Part shown: one piece after another, positions 29,263 to 37,850 of the stretch | How the letters are laid out: each line of letters starts with the position of its first letter | Position numbering within the stretch: position 1 is the stretch's first letter | DNA from: an uncultured Gammaproteobacteria bacterium | GTDB taxonomy: Bacteria; Patescibacteriota; Patescibacteriia; Magasanikbacterales; GWA2-37-8 | Direction of reading: 5' to 3' | Assembly (NCBI GenBank): GCA_964510495.1 | Contig: CAZECR010000001.1 | Span: forward strand, 3,781 to 67,780 | Length of the DNA: 64,000 nt | Translations under genes and position numbers: made by a program | Notes under the pieces: generated by a model | The model's database searches: none | The model's input: only the letters and a program-made list of their open reading frames with translations | What the model was told of the DNA's origin: nothing

Positions 29263-31068
29263 ATGTCAGAACGTCGACCTAATATTCAAGAAGACTATTA
29301 TCCCGGCAGCAGCGATTACCCCAAGCACAAAAAGGCACCTGATCTGCCAAATTTTTTTGATGCCGCATACCAAGGATTGAACCCTGAACAGCAAGTTATT
29401 TTGAAAGATTTAGTAGAAAAGTGGCGATCAGCCAAAGGTCAAGGTAAACGCGTCTACACTGAAGAACTTAAACTGACCCTAAGGGAATTTGGTGTCTGGC
29501 GTGACGCCGCCTTTGATTTTTTGAACGAAGTAAAACGTCCGTCGGTGAAGAAAGAAACTGCGGTTGCAACTGCCGACCAATCAGAAGAAAAATTGTTGGC
29601 GACGGAAGAAAATTCAGCTATCCATGGTCGTGGTGTGGATCAGCGAACGATAAAAAATATTTTGCCCGATGAGGACAGCGAAGAGGAAGAAGACGCATTC
29701 CCTCAGGAACCGCCTTCGGTTATTGGTTCTCGGCGGTCTGTTGTTAACGAATTTAGTAAAGACTTTGAGGGGAAAGCGCAGTCTCGCCGGCAAGGAATGC
29801 CACATGGACGCGTTCGACGGATTGTGAACAATTCTCAGGTTCAACACATTGGAAAGCATGGTCCCCAGAAGCCTCGCTATAAAGACCACCGCTCGCTTGA
29901 TGGCCGACTCTCGGTAGACGACCAAGCGACTGTGAAGCGTTTTAAAAAAACTCTTGAAATTGAGCACCCGGAGCGCCCGCTGCGTAAGAAACCGCTGCGT
30001 GAGCCCTTACCTATTTTGGCCGATTCCGAGCCGGCTACTGGGCCAAACCCTAAACCTTTTTTAAAACCTGAAGTTACTCCAGCCCAGATGCTGGACCAAA
30101 CACCGCTTGCAGGAAGAGGTTCTTCGCGACCACGAAATACTGGGTCGCGTCCGGCGTATCTTGAACAATTTCCTGATCGTCCGAATTTTTTACATGATGC
30201 GCGCAAAGCCTGGGGTCAGGCAATAGTTGAAAAGCCACCCATTTCTCGAGCTAAGACCGTCTCTTCGAAAGCGGAATCGGCAGTGTTGGAGCATGCCGTA
30301 AGGCCAAGCGAACAGCTGCTGGATGCTGTCGAACAGCCAAGTGACGTGTCTACGACTGAAGCTCGGGAAAGCCATCAAAACTTTTTAGATAAACTAACGT
30401 CGCCGCTGCAGGATTTTTTGGAGCGCCTACGCGGTCGAGAGCGTGATTTGCGTTCAAAGGAAGCAAATGAAAAAAAAGTCGCGCTACGTTTTCGAATACA
30501 TCTTGAATGCGACCGTCCGTTTCAATTTCCGTCGAGCCCTGAAATGTATCCAACCGAGGCTGAACATACACACAAGCGACAAGAGTTGGCAGCAAAGCTC
30601 GGCATGACGGCGGTGCGCTACGGCTCTGCCGAAGACAAATTGCTCGAAGGGATTACAACGTTACTTCTTGCTCGTTTGGGCGGTAGTAAGGATGTTATGT
30701 ATTATGCAACTGATGATGAGCTCAAAAAGGTTTGTGCGCAGCTACGCGGTTTAGGATTAAAAATCCGTACTGAAAAGGCTCCTGTAGTGGAGTTTGATCC
30801 GCGCCGGAGATATAAACTTGTTGTACAAGGACTTTCAGAGCAGGGTCAAAATTATAAGATTAGTTATGTTAAAACTATTCGTGAAGTCTTGGGAATATCG
30901 ACGCTCGAAGCAAAATTAATTGTCGATATGCAGGTGGCGATGGAAAAATCTACTCAGCCCATGCCCACAGAATTACCTGGTCGCTTCGATGGTACTCGAG
31001 TGCGTGCGATTGAAGAAGCACTGCTTGCAGCAGGTGCAAAATCCGTGCAGATTCAGCCCGTTGCTTAA
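29263..31068 (+). CDS. Hypothetical 601-aa charged, low-complexity protein with a C-terminal bL12 (L7/L12) C-terminal-domain-like module
   Basis: The C-terminus YKLVVQGLSEQGQNYKISYVKTIREVLGISTLEAKLIVD...RVRAIEEALLAAGAKSV resembles the bL12 CTD (FDV.[30 protein letters not shown]...KALEEAGAEV). The gap after the NRAMP gene is 7 bp. Confidence 0.5.
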   Translation: MSERRPNIQEDYYPGSSDYPKHKKAPDLPNFFDAAYQGLNPEQQVILKDLVEKWRSAKGQGKRVYTEELKLTLREFGVWRDAAFDFLNEVKRPSVKKETAVATADQSEEKLLATEENSAIHGRGVDQRTIKNILPDEDSEEEEDAFPQEPPSVIGSRRSVVNEFSKDFEGKAQSRRQGMPHGRVRRIVNNSQVQHIGKHGPQKPRYKDHRSLDGRLSVDDQATVKRFKKTLEIEHPERPLRKKPLREPLPILADSEPATGPNPKPFLKPEVTPAQMLDQTPLAGRGSSRPRNTGSRPAYLEQFPDRPNFLHDARKAWGQAIVEKPPISRAKTVSSKAESAVLEHAVRPSEQLLDAVEQPSDVSTTEARESHQNFLDKLTSPLQDFLERLRGRERDLRSKEANEKKVALRFRIHLECDRPFQFPSSPEMYPTEAEHTHKRQELAAKLGMTAVRYGSAEDKLLEGITTLLLARLGGSKDVMYYATDDELKKVCAQLRGLGLKIRTEKAPVVEFDPRRRYKLVVQGLSEQGQNYKISYVKTIREVLGISTLEAKLIVDMQVAMEKSTQPMPTELPGRFDGTRVRAIEEALLAAGAKSVQIQPVA

Positions 31069-32210
31069 AGTACGCTTAAAAAGTGCCGAGCGGCTTTTTC
31101 CCACGTATATTTTTTTACCTGCTCTAAACCGTCTCTGCGGAGGCGGTTTTTTAGTTCGGGATTTCTGGTTAAACGAATGAGTGCTTCGGCGATTGTCCAG
31201 GGTTTATTGGGGTTGCTATAATACGCGGCTTTCTCGGCGATTTCGGGTAGGGATGAGCGGTTCGAGGTGATAACTGGCGTGCCACTGCCCATAGCTTCAA
31301 TGACCGGGAAACCAAAACCTTCATAAAAACTGGGGTATACAAATAGTTCGGCCAGGCTGTAGAGCGCCTGTTTATCCGCTGCTTCCACAAAACCAATATA
31401 TACGATGCGGTTTTTAAACGGTGAAGTGGAGAGGTGCTTAAAAATAGGCTTGTTTTCCCACCCGACAGAGCCGGCAATAACCAGTGAGAGATCGTTGGGT
31501 AGCTGTGGTGCAGCTTGTTCGAAGCCTTCAATCAGGCCCAAAATATTTTTGCGCGGTTCGATGCTCCCTAAAAATAAAATATATTTTTTTGGTAGAGCAT
31601 ATTTTGTACGGATTGTTTCGTCGGTGGTTGCCTGTGGAAGTAAGCGCGGCAGAGGAGCAAGTCCGTGTGGAATAACAGTGATGGTTGCCGGGTTGCTATG
31701 GTACGCTGCAATCAAATCACGTTTAGTGTTTTCGGAAGGCGCTAGAATATGCTGGGCATTGCGGCAGCTTACTTGTGGTTTAATTGCCCAGTGCCATAAG
31801 CGCTGTTTTTTGGAAAAGAACTGTGGAAAAAACTCAAATGAAAGATCGTGAATTGTTAGAATGTGCTTCGTTTTTTTGGATAAGGCCGTAAAGTTGAGGT
31901 TGGGTGAAAAAAAATAATCGAGCCCTGAAATTTTTTCGTGCTTGATAATAAGTTCGTCGATTTTGGGAAAATGAAATAGCTTGGTCGCAGTGTTAAAAAG
32001 TTTATTGGGATAGTGGGTGATAATGAAGTGAACATTGCTTTGCTGCCAGACAGGCAATAGAGCGGTAAGTCTCGGTTTGGAATTGGCAAACAAATAGTAC
32101 TGATTCACCGTGTCAATCGCAAAAAGCGCGTTGAGGAGTTCAAACGTGTATTCGCCAACCCCGGTGCGAACAGGAGAAGCGAGGGAACGAATGTCGATAC
32201 CGATGTGCAT
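31065..32210 (-). CDS. Glycosyltransferase family 4 (GT-B, group 1)
   Basis: Motif FVYPSFYEGFGFPVIEAMGSGTPVI. Confidence 0.8.
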   Translation of the reverse strand: MHIGIDIRSLASPVRTGVGEYTFELLNALFAIDTVNQYYLFANSKPRLTALLPVWQQSNVHFIITHYPNKLFNTATKLFHFPKIDELIIKHEKISGLDYFFSPNLNFTALSKKTKHILTIHDLSFEFFPQFFSKKQRLWHWAIKPQVSCRNAQHILAPSENTKRDLIAAYHSNPATITVIPHGLAPLPRLLPQATTDETIRTKYALPKKYILFLGSIEPRKNILGLIEGFEQAAPQLPNDLSLVIAGSVGWENKPIFKHLSTSPFKNRIVYIGFVEAADKQALYSLAELFVYPSFYEGFGFPVIEAMGSGTPVITSNRSSLPEIAEKAAYYSNPNKPWTIAEALIRLTRNPELKNRLRRDGLEQVKKYTWEKAARHFLSVL

Positions 32211-32265
32211 AATACAGATTGACGTTCAAAAATTGTCGTGGTTTACTTTGGCGTATGGAGGATCT

Positions 32266-32442
32266 ATGAGTGAAAAACCGCCTGTGCCACAGGGCAATGA
32301 AGTTATTCCGGCTGGTATACTTCCGCCGGAGAAAACCACCTTGGGGGTGGGCGGTGATAAACAGCCCACCCCCGAAGCTCTTTCAGAGCAGCTCGCACGT
32401 GAGCGCGGTCACGCTGAGCCGCGACCCGACGGGTTGTTCTAG
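32266..32442 (+). CDS. Candidate small ORF (58 aa, Pro/Gly-rich), antisense-side of the glycosyltransferase operon
   Basis: RBS GGAGGA 5 nt upstream of the ATG. GC-rich. A plus-strand intrinsic terminator follows directly. Confidence 0.3.
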   Translation: MSEKPPVPQGNEVIPAGILPPEKTTLGVGGDKQPTPEALSEQLARERGHAEPRPDGLF

Positions 32443-32462
32443 CCGCGGCTTGGCCGCTTTCC

Positions 32463-32495
32463 AGGGTCGCCACGACATGTGTGCGACCCTTTCCT
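32463..32495 (+). terminator. Intrinsic terminator (plus strand)
   Basis: gggtcgc-cacgacatgtgt-gcgaccc followed by tttccttttttt. Confidence 0.4.
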
Positions 32496-32498
32496 TTT

Positions 32499-33617
32499 TT
32501 ACACCAGTGTTGTTTGATTTAATTTTTTCTTAAATTCTTCGTAACGGTCATCAACATATTTTTTAATACTTGTCTTGAAAGCGTTATTTGAAAATTTTAG
32601 GGCGTGTTCTCGGATATGGGTACTGTCCCAGCCTTCCGAAGTGAAGTGGAGTACGGCGTTCAAGAGTGACTCCCAATTTTGTTCGTAGAAAAATTCACCC
32701 GTATCATGAGCAACAACGGTTTCGGTGGCACCTCCCGCAGCAAAGGCGATAACTGGCCTACCACTTGCGAGTGACTCAACGGGAGTAATGCCGAAATCTT
32801 CGAGTTGCGGATGGATAAAGGCCTGAGCCCGGCTAAGAAGTTTGGCTTTGGCCGCGTCATCAATACGGCCCAGGAATTCAATATTAGGCCGGGCTTGTTT
32901 TTGAAGATTTTTAAGCTCTGGACCCGTACCAAAAATTTTAAGTGGGTACCGCAGACGATTAAACGCCTGAACAACCAGGTCAAGGCGTTTGTAGGGAACC
33001 AGACGACCGCCAGCGACAAAATAATCGTCTACTTCGGGCGAAATAGTAAAGCGTTCGGTGTCGACTGGTGGGTAGATAACGTCACTGGTGCGACGATAAT
33101 ATTTTTGAATACGACCCTCAACTGTGTGTGAGTTGGCAATAAAATGATCGACGCGGTCAGCGCTCATTTTATCCCATAGGCGCAGGCGAAAAATAATCTG
33201 AGGCAAAAATGCTTTTACGAGCCAATTGGAATTAAGGTCGGCTAAGTATTCATGCCGATCACTCCAGAGATATCGTGGGGGAGTGTGGCAATACGAAATG
33301 TGCAGTGTTTCGGGGGGTACAATCACGCCTTTGGCGAAGGCGCTGGTTGACGAGATGACAAGATCAAAATCGTTGAGATTATAGTTTTCGGTTGCGTTCG
33401 GCATCCAGGGTAAATACCACTGGTAATGGCTTTTTACAAAAGGAAGCTTGGCCAGCCACGATTCGCGAATAAGGTGCTTGGGAAAGGAGCTGATTTTTTT
33501 AGGATCATGAAACAAAACAAAGAGTGGTGCGTTGGGCCACAGTTCGTGAAGTGTTTGTAGTACCCGCTCCGCCCCTCCGTCTTGAGCAAGATAATCGTGT
33601 ACTAAAGCTAATTTCAT
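32499..33617 (-). CDS. Glycosyltransferase family 4
   Basis: Motif FIHPQLEDFGITPVESLASGRPVIA. It overlaps the upstream sugar transferase gene by 4 bp. Confidence 0.8.
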   Translation of the reverse strand: MKLALVHDYLAQDGGAERVLQTLHELWPNAPLFVLFHDPKKISSFPKHLIRESWLAKLPFVKSHYQWYLPWMPNATENYNLNDFDLVISSTSAFAKGVIVPPETLHISYCHTPPRYLWSDRHEYLADLNSNWLVKAFLPQIIFRLRLWDKMSADRVDHFIANSHTVEGRIQKYYRRTSDVIYPPVDTERFTISPEVDDYFVAGGRLVPYKRLDLVVQAFNRLRYPLKIFGTGPELKNLQKQARPNIEFLGRIDDAAKAKLLSRAQAFIHPQLEDFGITPVESLASGRPVIAFAAGGATETVVAHDTGEFFYEQNWESLLNAVLHFTSEGWDSTHIREHALKFSNNAFKTSIKKYVDDRYEEFKKKLNQTTLV

Positions 33618-35035
33618 ACAATCGCACCGTCTTTTTTGACAACAATGAAAGGTGTTTTAACGAGAATAATCAGGTCGAGGAATAAATTCCAGTTTTCAAT
33701 ATAGAATGTATCGAGGCGAACTTCGTCTTCAAAACTGAGATTGCTCCGCCCGGAAATTTGAGCGAGTCCGGAAATACCGGGTTTAATGGCGAGAACAATG
33801 CGGTGATGCTTTTGATATTGTTCAACTTCACGCGGTTGGTGGGGGCGTGGCCCGACCAGGCTCATGTCGCCGCGTAAGACATTGTAGAATTGCGGTAATT
33901 CATCCAAGCTCCAGCGGCGAATAAAACGGCCAAACGGGGTGATGCGAGGGTCGTTTTTAATTTTATAGACCGGCCCGGTTTTGATACTATTGGTTTTGAT
34001 TAGTTTTTTTTCTTCTTTAAGAGCAAGATCCCCATCTTTTCCGAATTGTTCACCGGTGCAATATTTCTGGTACATGGAACGGAATTTGAGGGTAGAGAAC
34101 GTGCCGCCTCTTTGTCCGACGCGCGTATTTTTGTAAATGATCGGAGTACCGCTTTCAACTAAAATAATCAGACTTACGATGATATAAATGGGCCAAAATA
34201 TAAGTAGGAAAATAAGACTGCCGACAATATCAATCAGGCGTTTAATAATTCGCCCCCAGGCAGTCAGGCGCGTGCGGCGCAGTTCAATAATCGGAATTCC
34301 AGCGATAGTCGACACTGCCGTGTTGGTCGCGATGGTTGCAAAAAGGTCGGCTGAATATTTAAAAATAATATGATGTTCATTGGCAAAATCAATGGCGCGC
34401 AAAACTTCTTCTTCACTCTTTTGTGGATTAGTAAAAATGATTTCATCTGGTAGTTTGCCTTTGAGACGCTTGAGTGCGCTCGGATCAAAATGATCGAACG
34501 TGCCAACGATAGCGTAGCCAAGGTGTGGTTCATTCCGGAGTGTTTCAATAATGCTCTCGGCGATAGCCTGACTACCAATGATTACTGTTTGGCGAAGGCC
34601 AATACCGGAGCGGTACAAAAGTGCTTTGAGGCCACGAATGACGAGACGGCCAAAGATAACATAGAGCATGGCAAGTATCCAGCCGATCAAAACAAGAAAA
34701 CGAGAGTCAAATTTTTGGAGCGTGAAGAAAACATAAATAGTAATAGCGGCAAATCCGGTTGAACAGGCGCTAATAATGCGGGTGATCTCGCGAGAAAATT
34801 TGCGATTGGGGTTGGTACTGTATAATCCGGAAATGCTAAAAAGCACTAACCAGGCCAATCCGACCCAGAGCACTGTTTGTGTGTAGCGTGACCAGGAGAG
34901 GGCGAAGAGTACCGGTCGAACTGCTGTAACCGTAGGATGAAAACGTAAAATATAAGCGCTAATACCTGCTAAAATAAGCATGAGATAATCAACAGGTAGT
35001 TGGAGGAACGTAAATGTAAGTTCAAAACGCTTCAT
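33614..35035 (-). CDS. Polyprenyl-phosphate sugar phosphotransferase (bacterial sugar transferase, WbaP/priming type)
   Basis: Multi-TM N-terminus. C-terminal bacterial sugar transferase domain ...SLDELPQFYNVLRGDMSLVGPRP... Confidence 0.85.
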   Translation of the reverse strand: MKRFELTFTFLQLPVDYLMLILAGISAYILRFHPTVTAVRPVLFALSWSRYTQTVLWVGLAWLVLFSISGLYSTNPNRKFSREITRIISACSTGFAAITIYVFFTLQKFDSRFLVLIGWILAMLYVIFGRLVIRGLKALLYRSGIGLRQTVIIGSQAIAESIIETLRNEPHLGYAIVGTFDHFDPSALKRLKGKLPDEIIFTNPQKSEEEVLRAIDFANEHHIIFKYSADLFATIATNTAVSTIAGIPIIELRRTRLTAWGRIIKRLIDIVGSLIFLLIFWPIYIIVSLIILVESGTPIIYKNTRVGQRGGTFSTLKFRSMYQKYCTGEQFGKDGDLALKEEKKLIKTNSIKTGPVYKIKNDPRITPFGRFIRRWSLDELPQFYNVLRGDMSLVGPRPHQPREVEQYQKHHRIVLAIKPGISGLAQISGRSNLSFEDEVRLDTFYIENWNLFLDLIILVKTPFIVVKKDGAIV

Positions 35036-35076
35036 AGCCCCCTGGTTTTACGAAAAAATAACGAAAATCTGCACCT

Positions 35077-35105
35077 ATTGTATGCTAAGCAGCTATAAGC
35101 GTCAA
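35077..35105 (-). promoter_or_regulatory. Sigma-70-type promoter for the sugar-transferase operon
   Basis: Minus strand reads TTGACG-17 bp-TACAAT. RBS AGGGGG lies upstream of ATG 35035. Confidence 0.45.
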
Positions 35106-35149
35106 TCAGTTTTTAGGAGTAACGACAAAACCTTCCCGAAGGAAGGTTT

Positions 35150-35615
35150 TGCGCCATTATTATAAGCCGAATTTTGTTCCCATCTTGCGAGGGGCGATAA
35201 TCATTTCTCTGGTTCGGCCATTGCTGGCCGAATCTAGCGAGCGAACTTTTCGCGCCACTTTTACTGCGTCTCTCGGGCGCTCGTAACAGGCACGCTGCTC
35301 TTGCACCAGATAGGGTTTAGCACTGCTCTATTTCGCAATAGAGCGAGTATGGTAGCTTTGATCTCGAGAATCAGAACCTCCATACACTTTTCACCTTTTG
35401 TCCCGACGAAAGCCTGCCTATCAGCAGGTACACGGGATTAGTATTGTCTCTGTGCCACTGTCCCGCTCCGAAACTTTACAGCTCGGAGGGTGGGGGTTAC
35501 CCACTATCCTTGTCCATTCTTCAAAAACCGGCCAGGTGGCCTATTTTTGGATCAAATGGGGTGTTCGGACTTTCCTCTCCGGTTTAAGGGAGCGATTATC
35601 CATAATGGAAGCTGC
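35150..35615 (-). ncRNA. rnpB: RNase P RNA (bacterial type), masked in the ORF track by a spurious 76-aa ORF
   Basis: On the minus strand: GAGGAAAGTCCGAAC (5' P4; E. coli has GAGGAAAGUCCGGGC), GGTAACCCCCACCC, AAAAGGTGAAA, ...ACAAAATTCGGCTTAT (3' P4; E. coli has ACAGAACCCGGCUUAUCGG). The two P4 halves are in the correct order, about 400 nt apart. The 5' (ccattat) and 3' (ataatgg) ends can pair as P1. Boundaries are ±15 nt. Confidence 0.7.
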
Positions 35616-35728
35616 TAGTATACTATAAAGCACTGCTCATGTCAATCGTTTGGGAGGTGAGTTTGTCAATAGTCAAAACTGATTTTTTACGGTATACTTA
35701 CGCTATAGATTAAACTTCCATTTTTAGT

Positions 35729-36685
35729 GTGCTTAATATTTATAATGCTAATAATCATGAGACAACGTCCGAGGTGGGGCGTCCGTTAGCGTTGCAAAAA
35801 AAAGCAGATTATCAAAAATATACTGATCCGACAGGGGAATTTAGCGGGCAAGAATTAAAGTATAGTTTTTGGTATGTGCGACACCGTCTCGCGCTCTATA
35901 AGATAATAATTGGAGCCTTGCTCGCGGTGTCGGCGGTTACCGCCCTGTACTCGCTTTTTCAGCTTGGAAATTATCTTATTTTTGGCTTACAAGAAAGTAG
36001 TGCTGTCGACAAAGGATTAACGAGCTTTGAAAATTATGCAGCGATGCAAGATCGTTTTGCTCCTCAACCGATCCAGGTGATTGATACGGCTGTTTTTCCG
36101 GGGGGTAGTGGTAAGTATGATTTTGTGGCCGAAGCGAGTAATCCGAATAGTAATTTTGTTGTGACGTTTGAATATTATTTTACCTATAATTCTAATCAAA
36201 AAACACCTTCTGAAACCACTACGTTGCTGGCAGGAGAATCACGGCCAATTCCATACCTTGGCCTGGAGGCTGATGGTTACCCAAGCTCAGCTGCAATTGT
36301 AATCGAACGTATTGCTTGGAAACGTTTGTCGGGGCACGAGTATTTGGATCCGGCAGCCTTTCAAAGTACACGACTTAATTTCTTGGTCAGTAACTTTGTT
36401 TTTATTTCGGGCACAGATGGGGCGGTGGCGAATGCGGATAGTATTCAATTTAGTTTAACCAACCAGAGTGCCTATAGTTATAAGTCTGCTCGATTCTATG
36501 TAGGGCTTTATTTAGATCAAAATTTGGTAGGAATAGCGCCGCTCACTATCGATGCATTTAAATCACTTGAAACAAAACAGGTGGACTTACGTAGCTTTGG
36601 AGCAAATCTCACTGTTACTGATGTGCGCATATTTCCGCTCATTAATACGTATGATGCGGAGGTGTACCTACCGCCTGATAGATAG
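35729..36685 (+). CDS. Hypothetical membrane-anchored protein upstream of the FtsW/RodA-like gene
   Basis: 318 aa. One TM segment (LALYKIIIGALLAVSAVTALYSLF), then an exported domain. Confidence 0.5.
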   Translation: MLNIYNANNHETTSEVGRPLALQKKADYQKYTDPTGEFSGQELKYSFWYVRHRLALYKIIIGALLAVSAVTALYSLFQLGNYLIFGLQESSAVDKGLTSFENYAAMQDRFAPQPIQVIDTAVFPGGSGKYDFVAEASNPNSNFVVTFEYYFTYNSNQKTPSETTTLLAGESRPIPYLGLEADGYPSSAAIVIERIAWKRLSGHEYLDPAAFQSTRLNFLVSNFVFISGTDGAVANADSIQFSLTNQSAYSYKSARFYVGLYLDQNLVGIAPLTIDAFKSLETKQVDLRSFGANLTVTDVRIFPLINTYDAEVYLPPDR

Positions 36686-36723
36686 GTGATCTGGTCTCTG
36701 GTTATTTTTGATGTCTGACGGAT

Positions 36724-37818
36724 ATGCTGAATTTTCATAAATTTTCTTCACGCAGTTTTGATTGGATTTTAATGATTGCCGTACTCCTCCTTATCGCTAT
36801 GGGAATGGAGGCGGTGTATAGCGTCGACTTGTCGAGGGGGCCAGAATTAGTTTTGTTTAAAAAACAATTTATTGCGTTTGGTATTGGTATGGTGTTGGTG
36901 GTTTTTGCCAGCATGCTTCACTATAGCTGGTTTCGTTCTGGGGCAAAACTGGCCTACGCGTTTGCCTTGTTTTTACTAGGCTTTGTATTAGTGTTTGGTC
37001 AGACAATTCGCGGTACACGTGGGTGGTTTGTTTTAGGCGGCTTTTCTTTTCAACCGGTTGAATTTGCCAAAGTAGCCATTATTTTGATTTTGGCTGCTGT
37101 AGTAGCTCATTTTGGACGTCGTTTTGAACGGCCGCTTTTCTTTTTTGGTACTGGTGCGATGGCGCTCATTATGATGGTGCTCGTCATGAGCCAGCCAGAC
37201 CTAGGTTCGGCAGTTTTGATTGGTACGATTTGGTTTGGCCTCATGTATTTAGTTGGTGCACGCGCCAGACATATTGGAGGGCTTGTTGTGGTGGGCTTGT
37301 TTTTTTCAGTTGTCGCTTGGTTTTTTTTATTGCAGCCCTATCAAAAAGATCGTCTGCTCAATTTCGTTCATCCTGATCGTGACCCGCTTGATACTGGTTA
37401 TAATGTGACGCAATCAACCATTGCGGTCGGAGCCGGAAAATTATTTGGTCGCGGCCTTGGTTTTGGTTCGCAGAGTCAATTACGTTTTTTGCCTGAAGCT
37501 CAGACTGACTTTGTTTTTTCAGTTATTGGTGAAGAGCTGGGGTTTGCTGGTTCGGCCATTCTGGTTATTCTCTATGGCGTCATGCTCTGGCGTTTGGTAA
37601 TTATTATGAAAGATACCAACGATGATTTTGTGTCGGCAACGATCGCAGGGATTATTGTGCTTTTTTCGAGTCAATTTTTTATTAATATTGGGGCCGAGAT
37701 TGGGCTTTTGCCGGTAACCGGGGTAACCTTGCCGTTTGTCAGTTATGGCGGGTCTTCGCTTATGATTAATCTCTTGCTGATTGGGATTGCGGAGAGCATG
37801 GTGGTAAAGAAGTATTAA
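36724..37818 (+). CDS. ftsW: SEDS-family peptidoglycan glycosyltransferase (FtsW/RodA)
   Basis: QPVEFAKVAIILILA, ...QSQLRFLPEAQTDFVFSVIGEELGFAGS..., and 10 TM segments. Confidence 0.8.
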   Translation: MLNFHKFSSRSFDWILMIAVLLLIAMGMEAVYSVDLSRGPELVLFKKQFIAFGIGMVLVVFASMLHYSWFRSGAKLAYAFALFLLGFVLVFGQTIRGTRGWFVLGGFSFQPVEFAKVAIILILAAVVAHFGRRFERPLFFFGTGAMALIMMVLVMSQPDLGSAVLIGTIWFGLMYLVGARARHIGGLVVVGLFFSVVAWFFLLQPYQKDRLLNFVHPDRDPLDTGYNVTQSTIAVGAGKLFGRGLGFGSQSQLRFLPEAQTDFVFSVIGEELGFAGSAILVILYGVMLWRLVIIMKDTNDDFVSATIAGIIVLFSSQFFINIGAEIGLLPVTGVTLPFVSYGGSSLMINLLLIGIAESMVVKKY

Positions 37819-37850
37819 AAAAAGCCATCTATTTAGATGGCTTTTTTTTA
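37819..37850. terminator. Bidirectional intrinsic terminator
   Basis: aaaaaa-agccatcta-ttt-agatggct-tttttttt. Confidence 0.65.

Noticed and set aside
35398-35628. 76-aa ORF (+)
   Set aside because: It overlaps the RNase P RNA on the opposite strand, has no RBS, and gives an implausible product.
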